NCBI GenBank assembly: GCA_944331805.1
Contig: CALVIS010000002.1
Location: 1-54,514 of the forward strand
Origin: an uncultured Bacilli bacterium
GTDB taxonomy: Bacteria > Bacillota_I > Bacilli_A > RF39 > UBA660
Reading direction: 5' to 3'
Length of the DNA stretch: 54,514 nt
In this document: positions 18,444 through 29,359 of the stretch, piece by piece
Position numbering within the stretch: the first letter of the stretch is position 1
Layout: each line of letters starts with the position of its first letter
Notes under the pieces: generated by a model
What the model saw: only the letters and a program-made list of their open reading frames with translations
Told to the model about the DNA's origin: nothing
Database searches by the model: none
Program-made: the position numbers and the translations under genes

Positions 18444-19727
18444 TTATTCGCTTACCACACTAATAGCAGTCTGTAACATTGTATCATTATCATATGTAAG
18501 AGTCTCTCCATCTTGTAATACAGTCTCAACTCTATCTGTAGGAACAACTCCCTTATCATTAACCCAATTACCATCAGGGGTTAACCATTTTTGTACTGTA
18601 TATTTAATAGTATCTCCACTATTTAAATCACTTGCAGACTGTACTGTTCCTTTACCATAAGAGTTAATTCCCACTATATGAGAACCATAACTTTCTTTAA
18701 AAGCACTAGCAAGTATTTCTGATGCACTTGCACTCTCATCATTAATAATCACACTAACAGGATAATCTCTATCTATAGATTTCTTAGTACCATAAACTTT
18801 CTCTGTCTTATTCTTAGTTTGTAATTGATATAACACTTGTTTCTTATTTAAAAATAAAGATAATATATTCTTAACTTCAGATAAATAACCTCCAGGATTA
18901 TCTCTAACATCTATAACTAATCCTTCTATATTATTCTTCTCTAACTTCTTTAAAGTCTTATTAAACTGCTTATAAGAATTACTATTAAATATCTCTATCT
19001 TAATATAACCAATCTTCTTACCATTATTTTCATATATTTCACTATTCACTACAGGAGTCTCTATAGTACCTTTATGAAGTTCAAAACTAAGTTCTTGTCC
19101 ATCTCTTGTAACAGTCAACTCAGAACTTTTACCACTATCACTACCTGATATCATATTAACTACTTCTGTTAAACTCTTACCATTAATATCAGTATCATTT
19201 ACTTTAGTAACAATATCTCCAACTTTTACTCCTGCTTTACTAGCAGGACTATCTTCAAAGACATTTCCTACACTAACAACTCCATCTTTAAGCATTACTT
19301 CTATACCAATCCCCTCATAAGTACCACTTAGCTCTTCATTAAAGTCATCACTAGCATCTCCACTAAAATATGTTGCATAAGGATCATCTAAGTAATTAAT
19401 CATCCCTTGTATTCCAGCATCTATAAGTTCTTCTTTATCAACATCTTCATAATAGTTATTAACGATATTATCATAAGTAGAAACTAATTCGTCTAACTCA
19501 TCGCCACTAGAAGATGAATCACTAAACACTACAAAATTAACTATATTACCTAAAAGAAAACCAAACATAATAGCAATTATCATGATAATAATAACTTCAG
19601 AGAAATTAAAACCACTTCTTCTTTCTACAATTATTTCTCTAACATTACTATTGTCATCTATCTCTTCTTTAGTAGTAATATCTTCTACATTATTTTCTTT
19701 ATCATTATTCTTTTTCTTTTTAAACAT
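18444..19727 (-). CDS. S41 family C-terminal processing peptidase (PDZ domain)
   Basis: TM anchor; PDZ segment (GDIVTKVND...GKS); DVRDNPGGYL and NDESASASEILA catalytic motifs. ATG 19727 follows GGGGTGA; the track start is GTG 19736. Confidence 0.85.
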   Translation of the reverse strand: MFKKKKNNDKENNVEDITTKEEIDDNSNVREIIVERRSGFNFSEVIIIMIIAIMFGFLLGNIVNFVVFSDSSSSGDELDELVSTYDNIVNNYYEDVDKEELIDAGIQGMINYLDDPYATYFSGDASDDFNEELSGTYEGIGIEVMLKDGVVSVGNVFEDSPASKAGVKVGDIVTKVNDTDINGKSLTEVVNMISGSDSGKSSELTVTRDGQELSFELHKGTIETPVVNSEIYENNGKKIGYIKIEIFNSNSYKQFNKTLKKLEKNNIEGLVIDVRDNPGGYLSEVKNILSLFLNKKQVLYQLQTKNKTEKVYGTKKSIDRDYPVSVIINDESASASEILASAFKESYGSHIVGINSYGKGTVQSASDLNSGDTIKYTVQKWLTPDGNWVNDKGVVPTDRVETVLQDGETLTYDNDTMLQTAISVVSE

Positions 19728-19809
19728 TAGTATCACCCCACTGCTTTAATTTTATCACAAAAAAAAGAATATCTAAAGATAAGATATTCAAAAGATAAAT
19801 AATTTTACA

Positions 19810-20304
19810 CTAACTATTTAAAAAGCTTGTAATTTTATTAGTATCAGTAATAATCTCTGTAACTTCACCATCTTCAAACTTAAGTAAAGTATTCGCTTTA
19901 ACTCTTAAACTACTAGCATCATCTGTAACAATATCTCCATCAGTAACATATTTCTTATTCATACCATTAGATAGATCAACACTATATAGTTTAGTATCAC
20001 TATTATTTAACTGATAAGAACTTATTAAAGAACTAATAGTAGAATACTGATCACTAGAATCATAATATATTACATAATACTCTCCATCACCTTGATTAAA
20101 AGATTCACCTGCTAATATCTCATCATATTGAATAGCATTCTCTGTAACTTTTTCTTCTTCAGTATCTTTACTAAGTATTAACGTAGTTAAAAAATACATT
20201 CCCACTAATAAAAGCGCTGCAACTACTATTATTGTAATAGTTTTCTTAACCTCACTAGGTAATCCCTTTTTACTATTTAAATAATCTCTTTTCATATACA
20301 TCAT
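19810..20304 (-). CDS. Hypothetical membrane-anchored protein
   Basis: Single N-terminal TM and a soluble domain of about 110 aa. No motif recognised. Confidence 0.55.
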   Translation of the reverse strand: MMYMKRDYLNSKKGLPSEVKKTITIIVVAALLLVGMYFLTTLILSKDTEEEKVTENAIQYDEILAGESFNQGDGEYYVIYYDSSDQYSTISSLISSYQLNNSDTKLYSVDLSNGMNKKYVTDGDIVTDDASSLRVKANTLLKFEDGEVTEIITDTNKITSFLNS

Positions 20305-20364
20305 TACCTTTCGTTACATCTCTAATAATACCATAAACAAAAGAAAAAATAAACACTTTCGTGC

Positions 20365-21363
20365 TTATTTCATTGTCGGTAAAACGTTTATAGAATTAGC
20401 AACTTCTAAGAGTTCATCTTGATTCATTACATCACTCACTAAATAATAATTAATACCACCACTTGTAAAATTAATAGAATTATCAGAAAGTACTCCAAAA
20501 CTATCCATAAACATAACAGGTTCACCCATCGTTGGTATAACCGTAAATTCATCCATTGCCTTAACAGTCTCTTCTACAAGTAAAAATGGTTTTTCCCCAG
20601 AAAAAGTAAGTATAACTCTCTCTCCACCAGAGATATCAACTTTCTCTTCATTAGCAAGTTTAGTACCTTCAGGAAGTACTAAAGGATAAACAACATCATC
20701 TATCGCACTAGTCTCTACAGCCTCTTCTTCTGTACTAACTGTACTCATTATCGTATCTATTTCAAAGTAATTTTTTTTAAAACTAGGACTAAAATCAATA
20801 TCTTTTACTTTTAAGGTCATATTAGGAACATCATCACTATCTAAAACAATTGCTTCTTTAAGTTTTAAATCTTTATCAAATGTAACTTTTTGACTAACTA
20901 AACTTCTATTATTAGGATAATTAACATTACTTGTAAACACATAATCTTTATCATCTTTTTTAAAAGTTCTCTTATCATCATTTTCTAAATCACTTATTAT
21001 AGATTGTAATAAATAAACTTGTGAATTATTATAAGGCCAATCACTTTGAAACTTAAAACTTTTATTTAAACTAGGTGTTAATACAAAAACTCCATCATCG
21101 TTCTTTAAAATTATTTGTTCATGGTTATTAGAAGTATTAGTAAGTGTTATCTTATAATAATCATCTTTCTTATAAGCAGTTTCTACTTCATAATTATAAA
21201 TATCATCATTATTTAAAACTTCCAGTGTTCCTGTCATTACATAACCTTTACCATCATTAACTTTTTTATCTAAATCTGCTAAAACATCACTTTCACTATT
21301 TTTCCCACATCCAGTAACTAAAAAACAAGCGATAAATAATAAGAATAAGCTTAATTTTTTCAA
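20365..21363 (-). CDS. LolA-like lipoprotein (YdcC/DUF4367-like)
   Basis: Lipobox LVTGC. YKITLTN...EQIILKNDDGVFVLTPSLNKSFKFQSDWPYNNSQVYLLQSI resembles the YdcC/LolA-fold family. TTG start with SD GAGGTG. Confidence 0.6.
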   Translation of the reverse strand: MKKLSLFLLFIACFLVTGCGKNSESDVLADLDKKVNDGKGYVMTGTLEVLNNDDIYNYEVETAYKKDDYYKITLTNTSNNHEQIILKNDDGVFVLTPSLNKSFKFQSDWPYNNSQVYLLQSIISDLENDDKRTFKKDDKDYVFTSNVNYPNNRSLVSQKVTFDKDLKLKEAIVLDSDDVPNMTLKVKDIDFSPSFKKNYFEIDTIMSTVSTEEEAVETSAIDDVVYPLVLPEGTKLANEEKVDISGGERVILTFSGEKPFLLVEETVKAMDEFTVIPTMGEPVMFMDSFGVLSDNSINFTSGGINYYLVSDVMNQDELLEVANSINVLPTMK

Positions 21364-21483
21364 AATTTTTCACCTCTTCACTTTCTCTAATTAATTATAT
21401 TAAAGAAAATAAATTAATATTCATGAATAAAAAATGTAAATTAGTCCATTATATGAATGTAATAAATAAAAAGAGGAGGAATT

Positions 21484-21690
21484 ATGGAAACATTAAAAAA
21501 AATATGCTTAGTTCTTATTATAATAGGAGCGATAAACTGGGCATTAGTAGGTTTATTTGAACTAGATTTAGTTGCAACTCTATTCGGAGGTAGTGATGAA
21601 CTACTAGCAAGATTAGTTTATATTATAATAGGAATTGCAGGTCTAATTGATATAAGTATTTTATTTGATCGTTTAGACCATCATGATTAA
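21484..21690 (+). CDS. DUF378 family small membrane protein
   Basis: IIGAINWALVGLFELDLVATLFGG is the typical DUF378 signature. Confidence 0.75.
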   Translation: METLKKICLVLIIIGAINWALVGLFELDLVATLFGGSDELLARLVYIIIGIAGLIDISILFDRLDHHD

Positions 21691-21722
21691 AAAAGAGATT
21701 CAAGTAAATGAGTCTCTTTTTT
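21691..21722. terminator. Bidirectional terminator
   Basis: aaaagagatt-caagtaaatg-agtctctttt. Confidence 0.65.
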
Positions 21723-23082
21723 AACTATTTGCAGTAATTCTAACTTTAACTTTCTTAGTCTTAGGTGCATAGTTAAGTTTAACATCGTCTCCCCTAACTT
21801 TAACTTCTACTTCATGTTCTCCAACACCTAAGCCATCTAAATCAACATAAGCATATATAGTAGATGAATCTATACTATCAATAATAGATTTACTACCAGT
21901 AACAACTACTGTAACTCTACTATCTTCTTCCGACAAAGCTTGTACTCTATATTTAGATGTATCCAAGTTCTCAGTAGCAATTGAAACATTATTAATTTCT
22001 CTAGTTGTAGAATCATCAAGTGTTACATTAACAGTAATAGTTTTCTCACTTATCTCTGTAACCCCATTAGGACGTTTCAAAGTAACAGTATATTCTTTAT
22101 CATCAGAAAGTCCTGTAACATCTACTTCTACTTCTAATGAATCTAATTTATCTAAAGCTTCTTCACTACCATAAACAGTAACACTATCTATATTAGTACT
22201 AAGTGATTTAATCGCTTTACCAAAAGCAAGCTCTCCCTTAGGAACTATCTCAATAGGTAATTTTTTAGATGGACTAGATACAGTTACTTTAGCAGTCACT
22301 GTCTTAGGAACTATTTCTACATCTACTGTCTTACCATTAGCATCATATGCAACTAAAGGAACATCTTCAAGAGTAATTTCTCCAGCTTCTTGTGTAGGGA
22401 AATTATCAACATCAACTAATGCTCTAACAGTTGCAACTTCATCAAGCTTATATTCAGCACCTTTAACTATTACTTCACTTCTATCAAGTTCTACATTATC
22501 TATATTTAATTTAGTATCTAAATTATCTTGATGTAATACATCATAAGTAAGTGATTTAGTAGCACTAACTTTATCATATATAGTAACTGTAACTGTAGAT
22601 GGATCAAGTCTATAATCTATTGATTTTAATTGTTGTGTATATTTAAGTGTTACTTTATGTTGCCCTGGCTTTAAACCAGTTAAATCAACAGTAACTCCTC
22701 CACTAGGAGATTGTTTTGCTAAAAAGATATGTCTTTTCTGACCAACTAATGTTATATCAACACTATCAGGTAATCCTTCAACAACATAAGCTTCTTCATT
22801 ATAAGTAGCTGTAACAGGTTGATCATATAAAATCTCTGCATATTGATCAATCATTGTATTACCTTCACTATCTACAATAAAGAAAACCGCTAAAGCCAAG
22901 ACTAAACTTATTACAATTAAGGTTTGTTTCTTTCCAATAAGTCGTTCTAAACCTTTACTATTACTCTTAGAAAAATCTATAATTTTAAGAATTAACTTAG
23001 TAATAGGAGTAATTAACCACTTATCAAAGAATGCACCTATATGACGAAAAAACTTTCCAATACCTCTAATTATCTTCTTCAT
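21721..23082 (-). CDS. cdaR: YbbR-domain protein CdaR (regulator of diadenylate cyclase)
   Basis: N-terminal TM plus repeated beta-rich YbbR-like modules. Overlaps and follows cdaA. Confidence 0.8.
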   Translation of the reverse strand: MKKIIRGIGKFFRHIGAFFDKWLITPITKLILKIIDFSKSNSKGLERLIGKKQTLIVISLVLALAVFFIVDSEGNTMIDQYAEILYDQPVTATYNEEAYVVEGLPDSVDITLVGQKRHIFLAKQSPSGGVTVDLTGLKPGQHKVTLKYTQQLKSIDYRLDPSTVTVTIYDKVSATKSLTYDVLHQDNLDTKLNIDNVELDRSEVIVKGAEYKLDEVATVRALVDVDNFPTQEAGEITLEDVPLVAYDANGKTVDVEIVPKTVTAKVTVSSPSKKLPIEIVPKGELAFGKAIKSLSTNIDSVTVYGSEEALDKLDSLEVEVDVTGLSDDKEYTVTLKRPNGVTEISEKTITVNVTLDDSTTREINNVSIATENLDTSKYRVQALSEEDSRVTVVVTGSKSIIDSIDSSTIYAYVDLDGLGVGEHEVEVKVRGDDVKLNYAPKTKKVKVRITANS

Positions 23083-23899
23083 ATATCTCTTCCTCTTCTA
23101 TTTCATCTTCATCGTACTCATTACTAGTCTTAGGCTTTAATTCATTTATTAACATCATTCTAACATCATCTATTGATAAGTTATAGAAAAGCTCTCCTTT
23201 AATAGCAACAGATAAACGTCCAGTTTCTTCTGAAACAACTAAAGCAATAGCATCCGTCTCTTCAGCAATACCAAGTGCTGCTCTATGTCTTGTACCAAGT
23301 CTTTTATTGATTTTAGTACTACTACTAGTAGGAAATACTGCTCCAGCACAAGTTATCCTATCTCCTTGAATAATAACTCCTCCATCATGTAAAGGATTAC
23401 CCTCATAGAATATTGCTATTAACAAATCACTTGATAAATCAGCATAAAGTTTCTTAGCTTTATCTATATAATTACCTAAACTAATATCCCGCTCTAATAC
23501 GATTAAAGCACCAATTTTATTTTTTCTTAAATAATCCATCGCTTGGGTTAATTGATATACTAAATGTTCTCTTTCATCAACAGTAAGTACTTTATGACGA
23601 CCTAACAATTGATTACGACCTAACTGCTCCAAAATATTTCTAATTTCCGGTTGAAAGATTACAATTAAAGCAAGTGGTCCATACATAATGACATACTCTA
23701 AAAGTAAACCAACAGTTGTAAAGCCACATAAATCACTAACTATTTTTAAAATAATGATAATGATAACTCCCTTAAACAAAAGAGTAAGCTTAACACTATT
23801 TCTAATATTTTTTAAAATGATATAAAACATTAACCAAACAATCGATATATCGACAATTTTCCTCAAAATTGTCAAAACACTTGTAACAGTAATAACCAT
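23066..23899 (-). CDS. cdaA: Diadenylate cyclase CdaA
   Basis: Three N-terminal TMs; DAC domain motifs HDGGVII and GTRHRAALG. Confidence 0.9.
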   Translation of the reverse strand: MVITVTSVLTILRKIVDISIVWLMFYIILKNIRNSVKLTLLFKGVIIIIILKIVSDLCGFTTVGLLLEYVIMYGPLALIVIFQPEIRNILEQLGRNQLLGRHKVLTVDEREHLVYQLTQAMDYLRKNKIGALIVLERDISLGNYIDKAKKLYADLSSDLLIAIFYEGNPLHDGGVIIQGDRITCAGAVFPTSSSTKINKRLGTRHRAALGIAEETDAIALVVSEETGRLSVAIKGELFYNLSIDDVRMMLINELKPKTSNEYDEDEIEEEEIYEEDN

Positions 23900-23919
23900 A
23901 AAATCTCTCCTAACTGTCT

Positions 23920-24534
23920 CTAAACTGTATTATTATTTCCATCTTGATTAATAGTTGGTATAACTACTTGACTAACTTCACTAGATGGAGCATTTACATT
24001 ATCAGTACTAACTGTATTATTAGTAGTTTGTTCAATCTGTGGATTAACTACAGTAGGTGTAACTACATTATTATGTTGTGATACTTCTACTTGAGGAGCC
24101 TCTACTGTAGCAGTATTATTAGGATTAACACTTGTCGTAACCTCACTAACTGTCGGTGTTACAACACTACTATTAACAGTCTGAACTTCTGGTTCGCTTA
24201 CAACGTTATTTTGAACAGCGTCTGTATTATTAACACCACTAGTTGGAACTTCTTCTGCTACTGGAACACTACTAGCAGGCTCTGCAATAGGTGTAACAGG
24301 ACTACTCTCTACTTGTGTAGCATTACTTACATCACTAACCACAGTATCTTGAACAACTGCTGTATTATTAGTATCATCAACAGTAGCATATTTTTCTTTC
24401 TCTTTTTTATTCTTAATACCTTTCTCTGCTAAATAACCTATACAAGCAAAGATAAGAATAACAAGTACTACTACCCACACGATATAAAAAGGGCCATCCA
24501 ATGTATCCCTAAAAAATTCAATAACAATATCCAT
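23920..24534 (-). CDS. Membrane protein with V/T/N/S-rich low-complexity tail
   Basis: One TM (FYIVWVVVLVILIFACIGYL). I prefer ATG 24534 (SD GAAAGGCGG). Likely co-transcribed with cdaA. Confidence 0.55.
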   Translation of the reverse strand: MDIVIEFFRDTLDGPFYIVWVVVLVILIFACIGYLAEKGIKNKKEKEKYATVDDTNNTAVVQDTVVSDVSNATQVESSPVTPIAEPASSVPVAEEVPTSGVNNTDAVQNNVVSEPEVQTVNSSVVTPTVSEVTTSVNPNNTATVEAPQVEVSQHNNVVTPTVVNPQIEQTTNNTVSTDNVNAPSSEVSQVVIPTINQDGNNNTV

Positions 24535-24628
24535 AAGACACCGCCTTTCACACTTTATCCCTTTATTCTTCATTTATTATCATAACATGATGAACTCATC
24601 TTTTCAACTAAAGAAAAATAAAAAATTA

Positions 24629-25147
24629 TTATTTATGTAACTTCATGTATATATCATCAACATTTTCTCCATCTATAATTGCAACATTCTTAAAAGTCTT
24701 ATAAGGAACAAAGCCTAGTTTTTCATATAAATTTATCGCTCTATAATTATTAGAATATACTCCTAAATAAATTTCTTCTAACTTCAAATCATTAAATCCA
24801 TAATCTATAAATCTTTTAAGAGTTTCTAATCCATAATGTCTATTTTGAAACTCTTCATTTATAATGATACCAATTTCCGCATTACTTAAAGTTATATTAT
24901 CAAAATCTATATTTCCAATAAACTTACCACTCTTTTTATCAAACATCGACAAAATTATCAAAGTATCTGTTTCTAATGCTTCTTTTACACACATAAATCT
25001 ATTCTCATAAGTATAAGGCTTAGGGTCAGCAGTTATAAATTTCTTTATATTAGGATTATTAAACATCTTTAAATATTCATCTATTAAATCATATGAAATA
25101 TTAACATAATAAATATTATCTGATTCTAATACAATTTCTCTATTCAT
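24629..25147 (-). CDS. GNAT family N-acetyltransferase (RimJ/RimL-like)
   Basis: EFQNRHYGLETLKRFIDYGF (motif A, Q/RxxGxG/A-like) and NYRAINLYEKLGF. Start MNREIV follows GGAG. Confidence 0.75.
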   Translation of the reverse strand: MNREIVLESDNIYYVNISYDLIDEYLKMFNNPNIKKFITADPKPYTYENRFMCVKEALETDTLIILSMFDKKSGKFIGNIDFDNITLSNAEIGIIINEEFQNRHYGLETLKRFIDYGFNDLKLEEIYLGVYSNNYRAINLYEKLGFVPYKTFKNVAIIDGENVDDIYMKLHK

Positions 25148-25298
25148 AAACACTCCAAAAAATAACTTCTCAACCAATATAATTATACTACAAAGTCAAT
25201 TAAAAATCACACAGTAATAACTAAATTAGATTTTAAATAATTAATAATAGTATCTTTTAAATCAGTAATTTCCACATCTAGCCAATTATTTTTATAAA

Positions 25299-25338
25299 GT
25301 AAATGTCGGATTTAGTGTTGACTTTGTCCGACATTTAC
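25299..25338 (-). terminator. 12-bp hairpin downstream of tRNA-Thr
   Basis: gtaaatgtcgga-(16 nt)-tccgacatttac, then TTTAT on the minus strand. The large loop and weak U tract keep this tentative. Confidence 0.4.
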
Positions 25339-25432
25339 TCACCAATATTATATTTTCTTTGCTGCTAATTTTTAACTGCAATGTTTTATCCTACATTCAA
25401 AATATAAAATAACACTCCATTAAACAATAAAA

Positions 25433-25509
25433 TGGTGCCGACTAAAGGATTTGAACCTTTGACCTACTCATTACGAATGAGTTGCTCGTACCATCTGAGC
25501 TAAGTCGGC
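25433..25509 (-). tRNA. tRNA-Thr (anticodon CGU), CCA encoded
   Basis: The reverse complement folds by hand as GCCGACT-TA-GCTC-AGATGGTAC-GAGC-A-ACTCA-TTCGTAA-TGAGT-AGGTC-AAAGG-TTCAAAT-CCTTT-AGTCGGC-ACCA. Confidence 0.9.
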
Positions 25510-25557
25510 ATAAAAACTTTACTACTTTAGTATAGCAAAGTTTAAAGAAATAATCTA

Positions 25558-26814
25558 TTACAAATCCAAACTATCAGGATTTAATAAGAAATCCATAATT
25601 CCAATAACAGATATACCTTCTTCAGTAATCCAAGGTTTAATTATATCTTTAACAACAATAATCTTTTTAAAGTTATCTCCTATATTCATTAAAGATCTTT
25701 CCTCTTGAATAGTCTTTTCCCTAGTTTCCAAATTTAAAGAAGATTGTATATAATAACGTTTATTACCTAAATTACATACAAAATCAACTTCTAATTGTTT
25801 TCTCTCACTTTTACCATCCTTATTTTTAACATTCTGCTCTACAACTCCAACATCTACATTATATCCTCTAACTAATAATTCATTATAAATAATGTTTTCC
25901 ATCAAATGGCTTTCTTCTTGTTGTCTATAGTTAAGTCTTGCATTTCTTAAACCAACATCTGTAAAATAATACTTCTGAGGAGTCTGAATGTATTTTTTTC
26001 CTTTTATATCATATCTTAAAGATTTATTAACAATAAATGCATCTTCTATATTCTTTAAATATAGGTTTATAGTATTTAATGACAACTCTTTTTCCCCATT
26101 ACTTTTAAAAGCATTATAAATTTTCTGAGGATTAGTAAGAGATCCAACAGATGATGCTAACATATTTACTATAGAGTCAAGTATATCAACTCTTGAAATA
26201 TTATTTCTATCTACTATATCTTTAATATAAGTTTCCTTAAACAAATTTTTTAAATATTGTGACTTTTCTTCATCAGTTTTTTTAGAAAGTATAAGAGGTA
26301 ATCCTCCATAAGTAACATAATCTGCCCAAGCTTCATATTTATCTCCATCATAACAAGATAAATATTCACTAAAAGAAAGTGGAAATACACTAACTTGATC
26401 TCCTCTACCCCTAAACTCTGTTATTATGTCACTTGATAAAAATTTAGAATTACTACCAGTCACATAAACATCCATATTTCTCTCATATAAAAATCCATTT
26501 AAAACATATTCAAAACCATCTACAAGTTGTATTTCATCTAAAATGATATAATACATTTCTTTATCAATAACTTTACTTCTTATATATTTATCTAATACTT
26601 TAGCATCTAAATATTTTCTATTTTGTTCTTTATCAAGTTCTAATTTAATTATATGATCATCTTTTACACCAACAGATTTTAAATAATTGATAAATAATGG
26701 ATCTAATAAATATGACTTCCCACATCTTCTTATCCCTGTAACAACTTTAATAAGACCATTTTCTTTTCTACTAATTAATCTATTTAAATAAACATCTCTT
26801 TTTATCTGTTTCAT
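25558..26814 (-). CDS. AAA+ ATPase (AAA_14 + DUF4143 type)
   Basis: GIRRCGKSYLL P-loop, ILDEIQ Walker B, and a C-terminal DUF4143-like region. Promoter TTGCTA-18-TATAAT lies upstream. Confidence 0.75.
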   Translation of the reverse strand: MKQIKRDVYLNRLISRKENGLIKVVTGIRRCGKSYLLDPLFINYLKSVGVKDDHIIKLELDKEQNRKYLDAKVLDKYIRSKVIDKEMYYIILDEIQLVDGFEYVLNGFLYERNMDVYVTGSNSKFLSSDIITEFRGRGDQVSVFPLSFSEYLSCYDGDKYEAWADYVTYGGLPLILSKKTDEEKSQYLKNLFKETYIKDIVDRNNISRVDILDSIVNMLASSVGSLTNPQKIYNAFKSNGEKELSLNTINLYLKNIEDAFIVNKSLRYDIKGKKYIQTPQKYYFTDVGLRNARLNYRQQEESHLMENIIYNELLVRGYNVDVGVVEQNVKNKDGKSERKQLEVDFVCNLGNKRYYIQSSLNLETREKTIQEERSLMNIGDNFKKIIVVKDIIKPWITEEGISVIGIMDFLLNPDSLDL

Positions 26815-26882
26815 AAAAACCAGCTCCTTCTTTTATAATTTTATTATAACTCAAAAGAATAAAGCTTAGCAATAGTTTCGCT

Positions 26883-26924
26883 GAAGATTTTTGTGTATTT
26901 ACGCAAAAATCTTCACCGTTTTTT
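26883..26924. terminator. 11-bp perfect hairpin just after the ABC transporter gene
   Basis: gaagatttttg-(10 nt)-caaaaatcttc. The T6 run follows it on the PLUS strand only, although both neighbouring genes are minus-strand. Confidence 0.5.
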
Positions 26925-29253
26925 ATTCTGTCCTAAGTGCAATAACAGGGTCTTTCTTACTAGCCATTTTAGATGGAACAAATCCACTTAAAACTGTCAA
27001 AGTAACACTAATTACTAAAAGAATAATGGCATGAACAGGATTAAGACTAGCAACATTAGGAAGGTCTGATAAACTCTCTATTAATGAATTAATTGGGAAT
27101 GTCAAAAGATAAGCAATAACAAGTCCTAAGACACCACTACATACTCCAATAATAAATGTTTCAGCATTAAATACCCGAGTTATATCTTTACCTCTTGCCC
27201 CTAAAGCTCTTAAGATACCAATCTCTTTAGTTCTCTCAAGTACAGAAATATAAGTAATAATAGCAATCATAATACAAGATACCACAAGAGATATTGATGA
27301 AAATGCTATCAAGACATAAGTAACAGCATCCATAATACTACCAGATAAAGTACTAATCAAAGAAGCATAATCAGTATATAATACTTGGTCACTTTCATCT
27401 TTACCTTCATTATAGTCATCTAAATAATCTGTAATATAGTCCTTAATATCAAAATCTTTTGGATAAATATAAATAATTGAAGGAGTTACTTCTGCACCTA
27501 ACACCCCTAAAATATTATCTTTAGTAACAGTAGAAGTTGTATCATCAAAAGCTTGTCCTGTTAAAACATTATAACTGACTTCTTTTTGTCTATTAACAAT
27601 ATCACTATCTTTATTCTTATTAATAACCTCATCTACTAATGCAGAATTATAGTAAATTCCTGACTGAGTCAAAGAGTTCTTATCTTCTTTTCCCCTTATA
27701 ATAGCAGTAACTTTAACTGTAATCGCATCACTACTATTATACATATCTTCATAATCTTTACTAGGAACAAAATAATTATTAATTTCATTATAGTAAATAT
27801 CATTAGGAATTACTTTAAACTCTTTATTTAAGATATCATCAAAAGATATATTACTACTTGTATCAAATCCAAGTTGTTCTAAAGTACCACTATCTAACTC
27901 ATTACGAGAATTAACAGCGATAACAACACTAGGAGTATCTTTATCTATAGAACCTGCTAAAACATCATAATTATCTTCTAACATGCTCTTACCATTAACT
28001 TTATCAGCATATAAACTCCAACCCATAACACCTGTCATAGATGTAGTAGACATACTATAATTAGTACTAGTAGGAACTAATCCATAAGTACCATCCGCAT
28101 TTCTAGTAACAACATTTAAAGTAGTACCGTACTCATAACTAATAGCAGAAACATTATCTTTATCCATAGATTCTATATAATTAATATAATCATCATTAAT
28201 AGTATTAAAGTGCATCATAGTCTCTAAACTATTTTCTCTAGGATAAATAACGTTCTTATTAGTATACTCTTCATGTTTATCTCTATTACTAGTCATCTCC
28301 TGCATAACTTCTTCATTTATATTCATAGCCTGTGTACTAATCGTAATAGGCATCTGTGATAAACTATCCGCTTCATATTCATCTATTTTCTTCTGAAAAC
28401 CATTAGATAATGAAAGTATTAAAGCAATACCAATAATACCAATAGATGCTGCAAAAGATGTCAAGAATGTTCTACCTTTCTTAGTCTTAATGTTATTAAA
28501 AGAAAGTTTTAATGCTGCCCCATATCCAAGTACAGTCTTTTTAATAGTTACTTTATCTTTAGAATTCTCTTTATCTTTAACAGGCTTACTATCACTTAAA
28601 ATCTTTCCATCTTTAAGTTCAATAACTCTAGTTGCATAATCCTCTGCAAGCTCTGGATTATGAGTAACCATAATAACTAACTTATCTTTTGCAATTTCTT
28701 TTATTAAATCCATTATCTGAACACTAGTAACAGAGTCAAGTGCCCCAGTAGGTTCATCTGCAAGTATAATCTCAGGGTCATTAACAAGAGCCCTAGCAAT
28801 AGCAACCCTTTGCATCTGCCCCCCAGATAACTGATTAGGCTTTTTATGGGCATGGTCTTTAAGACCAACTTTATCTAAAGCTTCAAGTGCTTTAACCTTT
28901 CTATCTTTCTTCTTATAACCACTAAGTATTAAAGCCATCTCTACATTTTCTAAAACACTAATATGACTAATTAAGTTATATGACTGAAAGATAAAACCAA
29001 CACAATTATTACGATAATAGTCCCATTCCACACTTTTAAACTTCTTAGTACTTTTATTATTAATGATTAAGTCCCCACTATCATATCTATCAAGTCCTCC
29101 TAAAATGTTTAAAAGAGTAGTCTTACCACTACCACTACTTCCCAAAATAGCGACAAACTCACACTTTCTAAACTTTAAACTAACATCATTTAAAGCATGT
29201 TGAACAAAATCTCCTGTCTTATAACTTTTATTTATATTCTTTAACTCAAGCAT
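26923..29253 (-). CDS. MacB-type ABC transporter, fused ATPase + FtsX-like permease
   Basis: GSSGSGKTTLLN, LSGGQMQRVAIARAL, ILADEPTGALD; four TMs with a large extracytoplasmic loop. Confidence 0.88.
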   Translation of the reverse strand: MLELKNINKSYKTGDFVQHALNDVSLKFRKCEFVAILGSSGSGKTTLLNILGGLDRYDSGDLIINNKSTKKFKSVEWDYYRNNCVGFIFQSYNLISHISVLENVEMALILSGYKKKDRKVKALEALDKVGLKDHAHKKPNQLSGGQMQRVAIARALVNDPEIILADEPTGALDSVTSVQIMDLIKEIAKDKLVIMVTHNPELAEDYATRVIELKDGKILSDSKPVKDKENSKDKVTIKKTVLGYGAALKLSFNNIKTKKGRTFLTSFAASIGIIGIALILSLSNGFQKKIDEYEADSLSQMPITISTQAMNINEEVMQEMTSNRDKHEEYTNKNVIYPRENSLETMMHFNTINDDYINYIESMDKDNVSAISYEYGTTLNVVTRNADGTYGLVPTSTNYSMSTTSMTGVMGWSLYADKVNGKSMLEDNYDVLAGSIDKDTPSVVIAVNSRNELDSGTLEQLGFDTSSNISFDDILNKEFKVIPNDIYYNEINNYFVPSKDYEDMYNSSDAITVKVTAIIRGKEDKNSLTQSGIYYNSALVDEVINKNKDSDIVNRQKEVSYNVLTGQAFDDTTSTVTKDNILGVLGAEVTPSIIYIYPKDFDIKDYITDYLDDYNEGKDESDQVLYTDYASLISTLSGSIMDAVTYVLIAFSSISLVVSCIMIAIITYISVLERTKEIGILRALGARGKDITRVFNAETFIIGVCSGVLGLVIAYLLTFPINSLIESLSDLPNVASLNPVHAIILLVISVTLTVLSGFVPSKMASKKDPVIALRTE

Positions 29254-29359
29254 AAATTCCTCCTTAAATACTCTACATAACTATTATATACTATAAATTA
29301 ATATTTTTATTTATTTTTTTGAAAGATAATGTTAAAATTAAGGAAAGGGAGGGATTAAT

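Noticed and set aside
18436-18660. 74-aa ORF antisense to the S41 protease gene
   Set aside because: It is embedded antisense with no SD.
24091-24432. 113-aa ORF antisense to the low-complexity membrane protein
   Set aside because: It is a mirror frame of a repetitive V/T/N-rich region and has no start context.
25178-25557. tRNA-Thr as an integration hotspot with an adjacent island
   Set aside because: No integrase, no repeat of the tRNA 3' end, and no obvious foreign module. The neighbouring AAA+/DUF4143 gene is a common solitary gene.
26883-26924. Plus-strand terminator implying an unannotated plus-strand gene or sRNA antisense to the AAA+ ATPase gene
   Set aside because: No plus-strand ORF or promoter could be identified upstream. 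The hairpin may simply act on the minus-strand ABC transcript. I kept it as a feature with reduced confidence.
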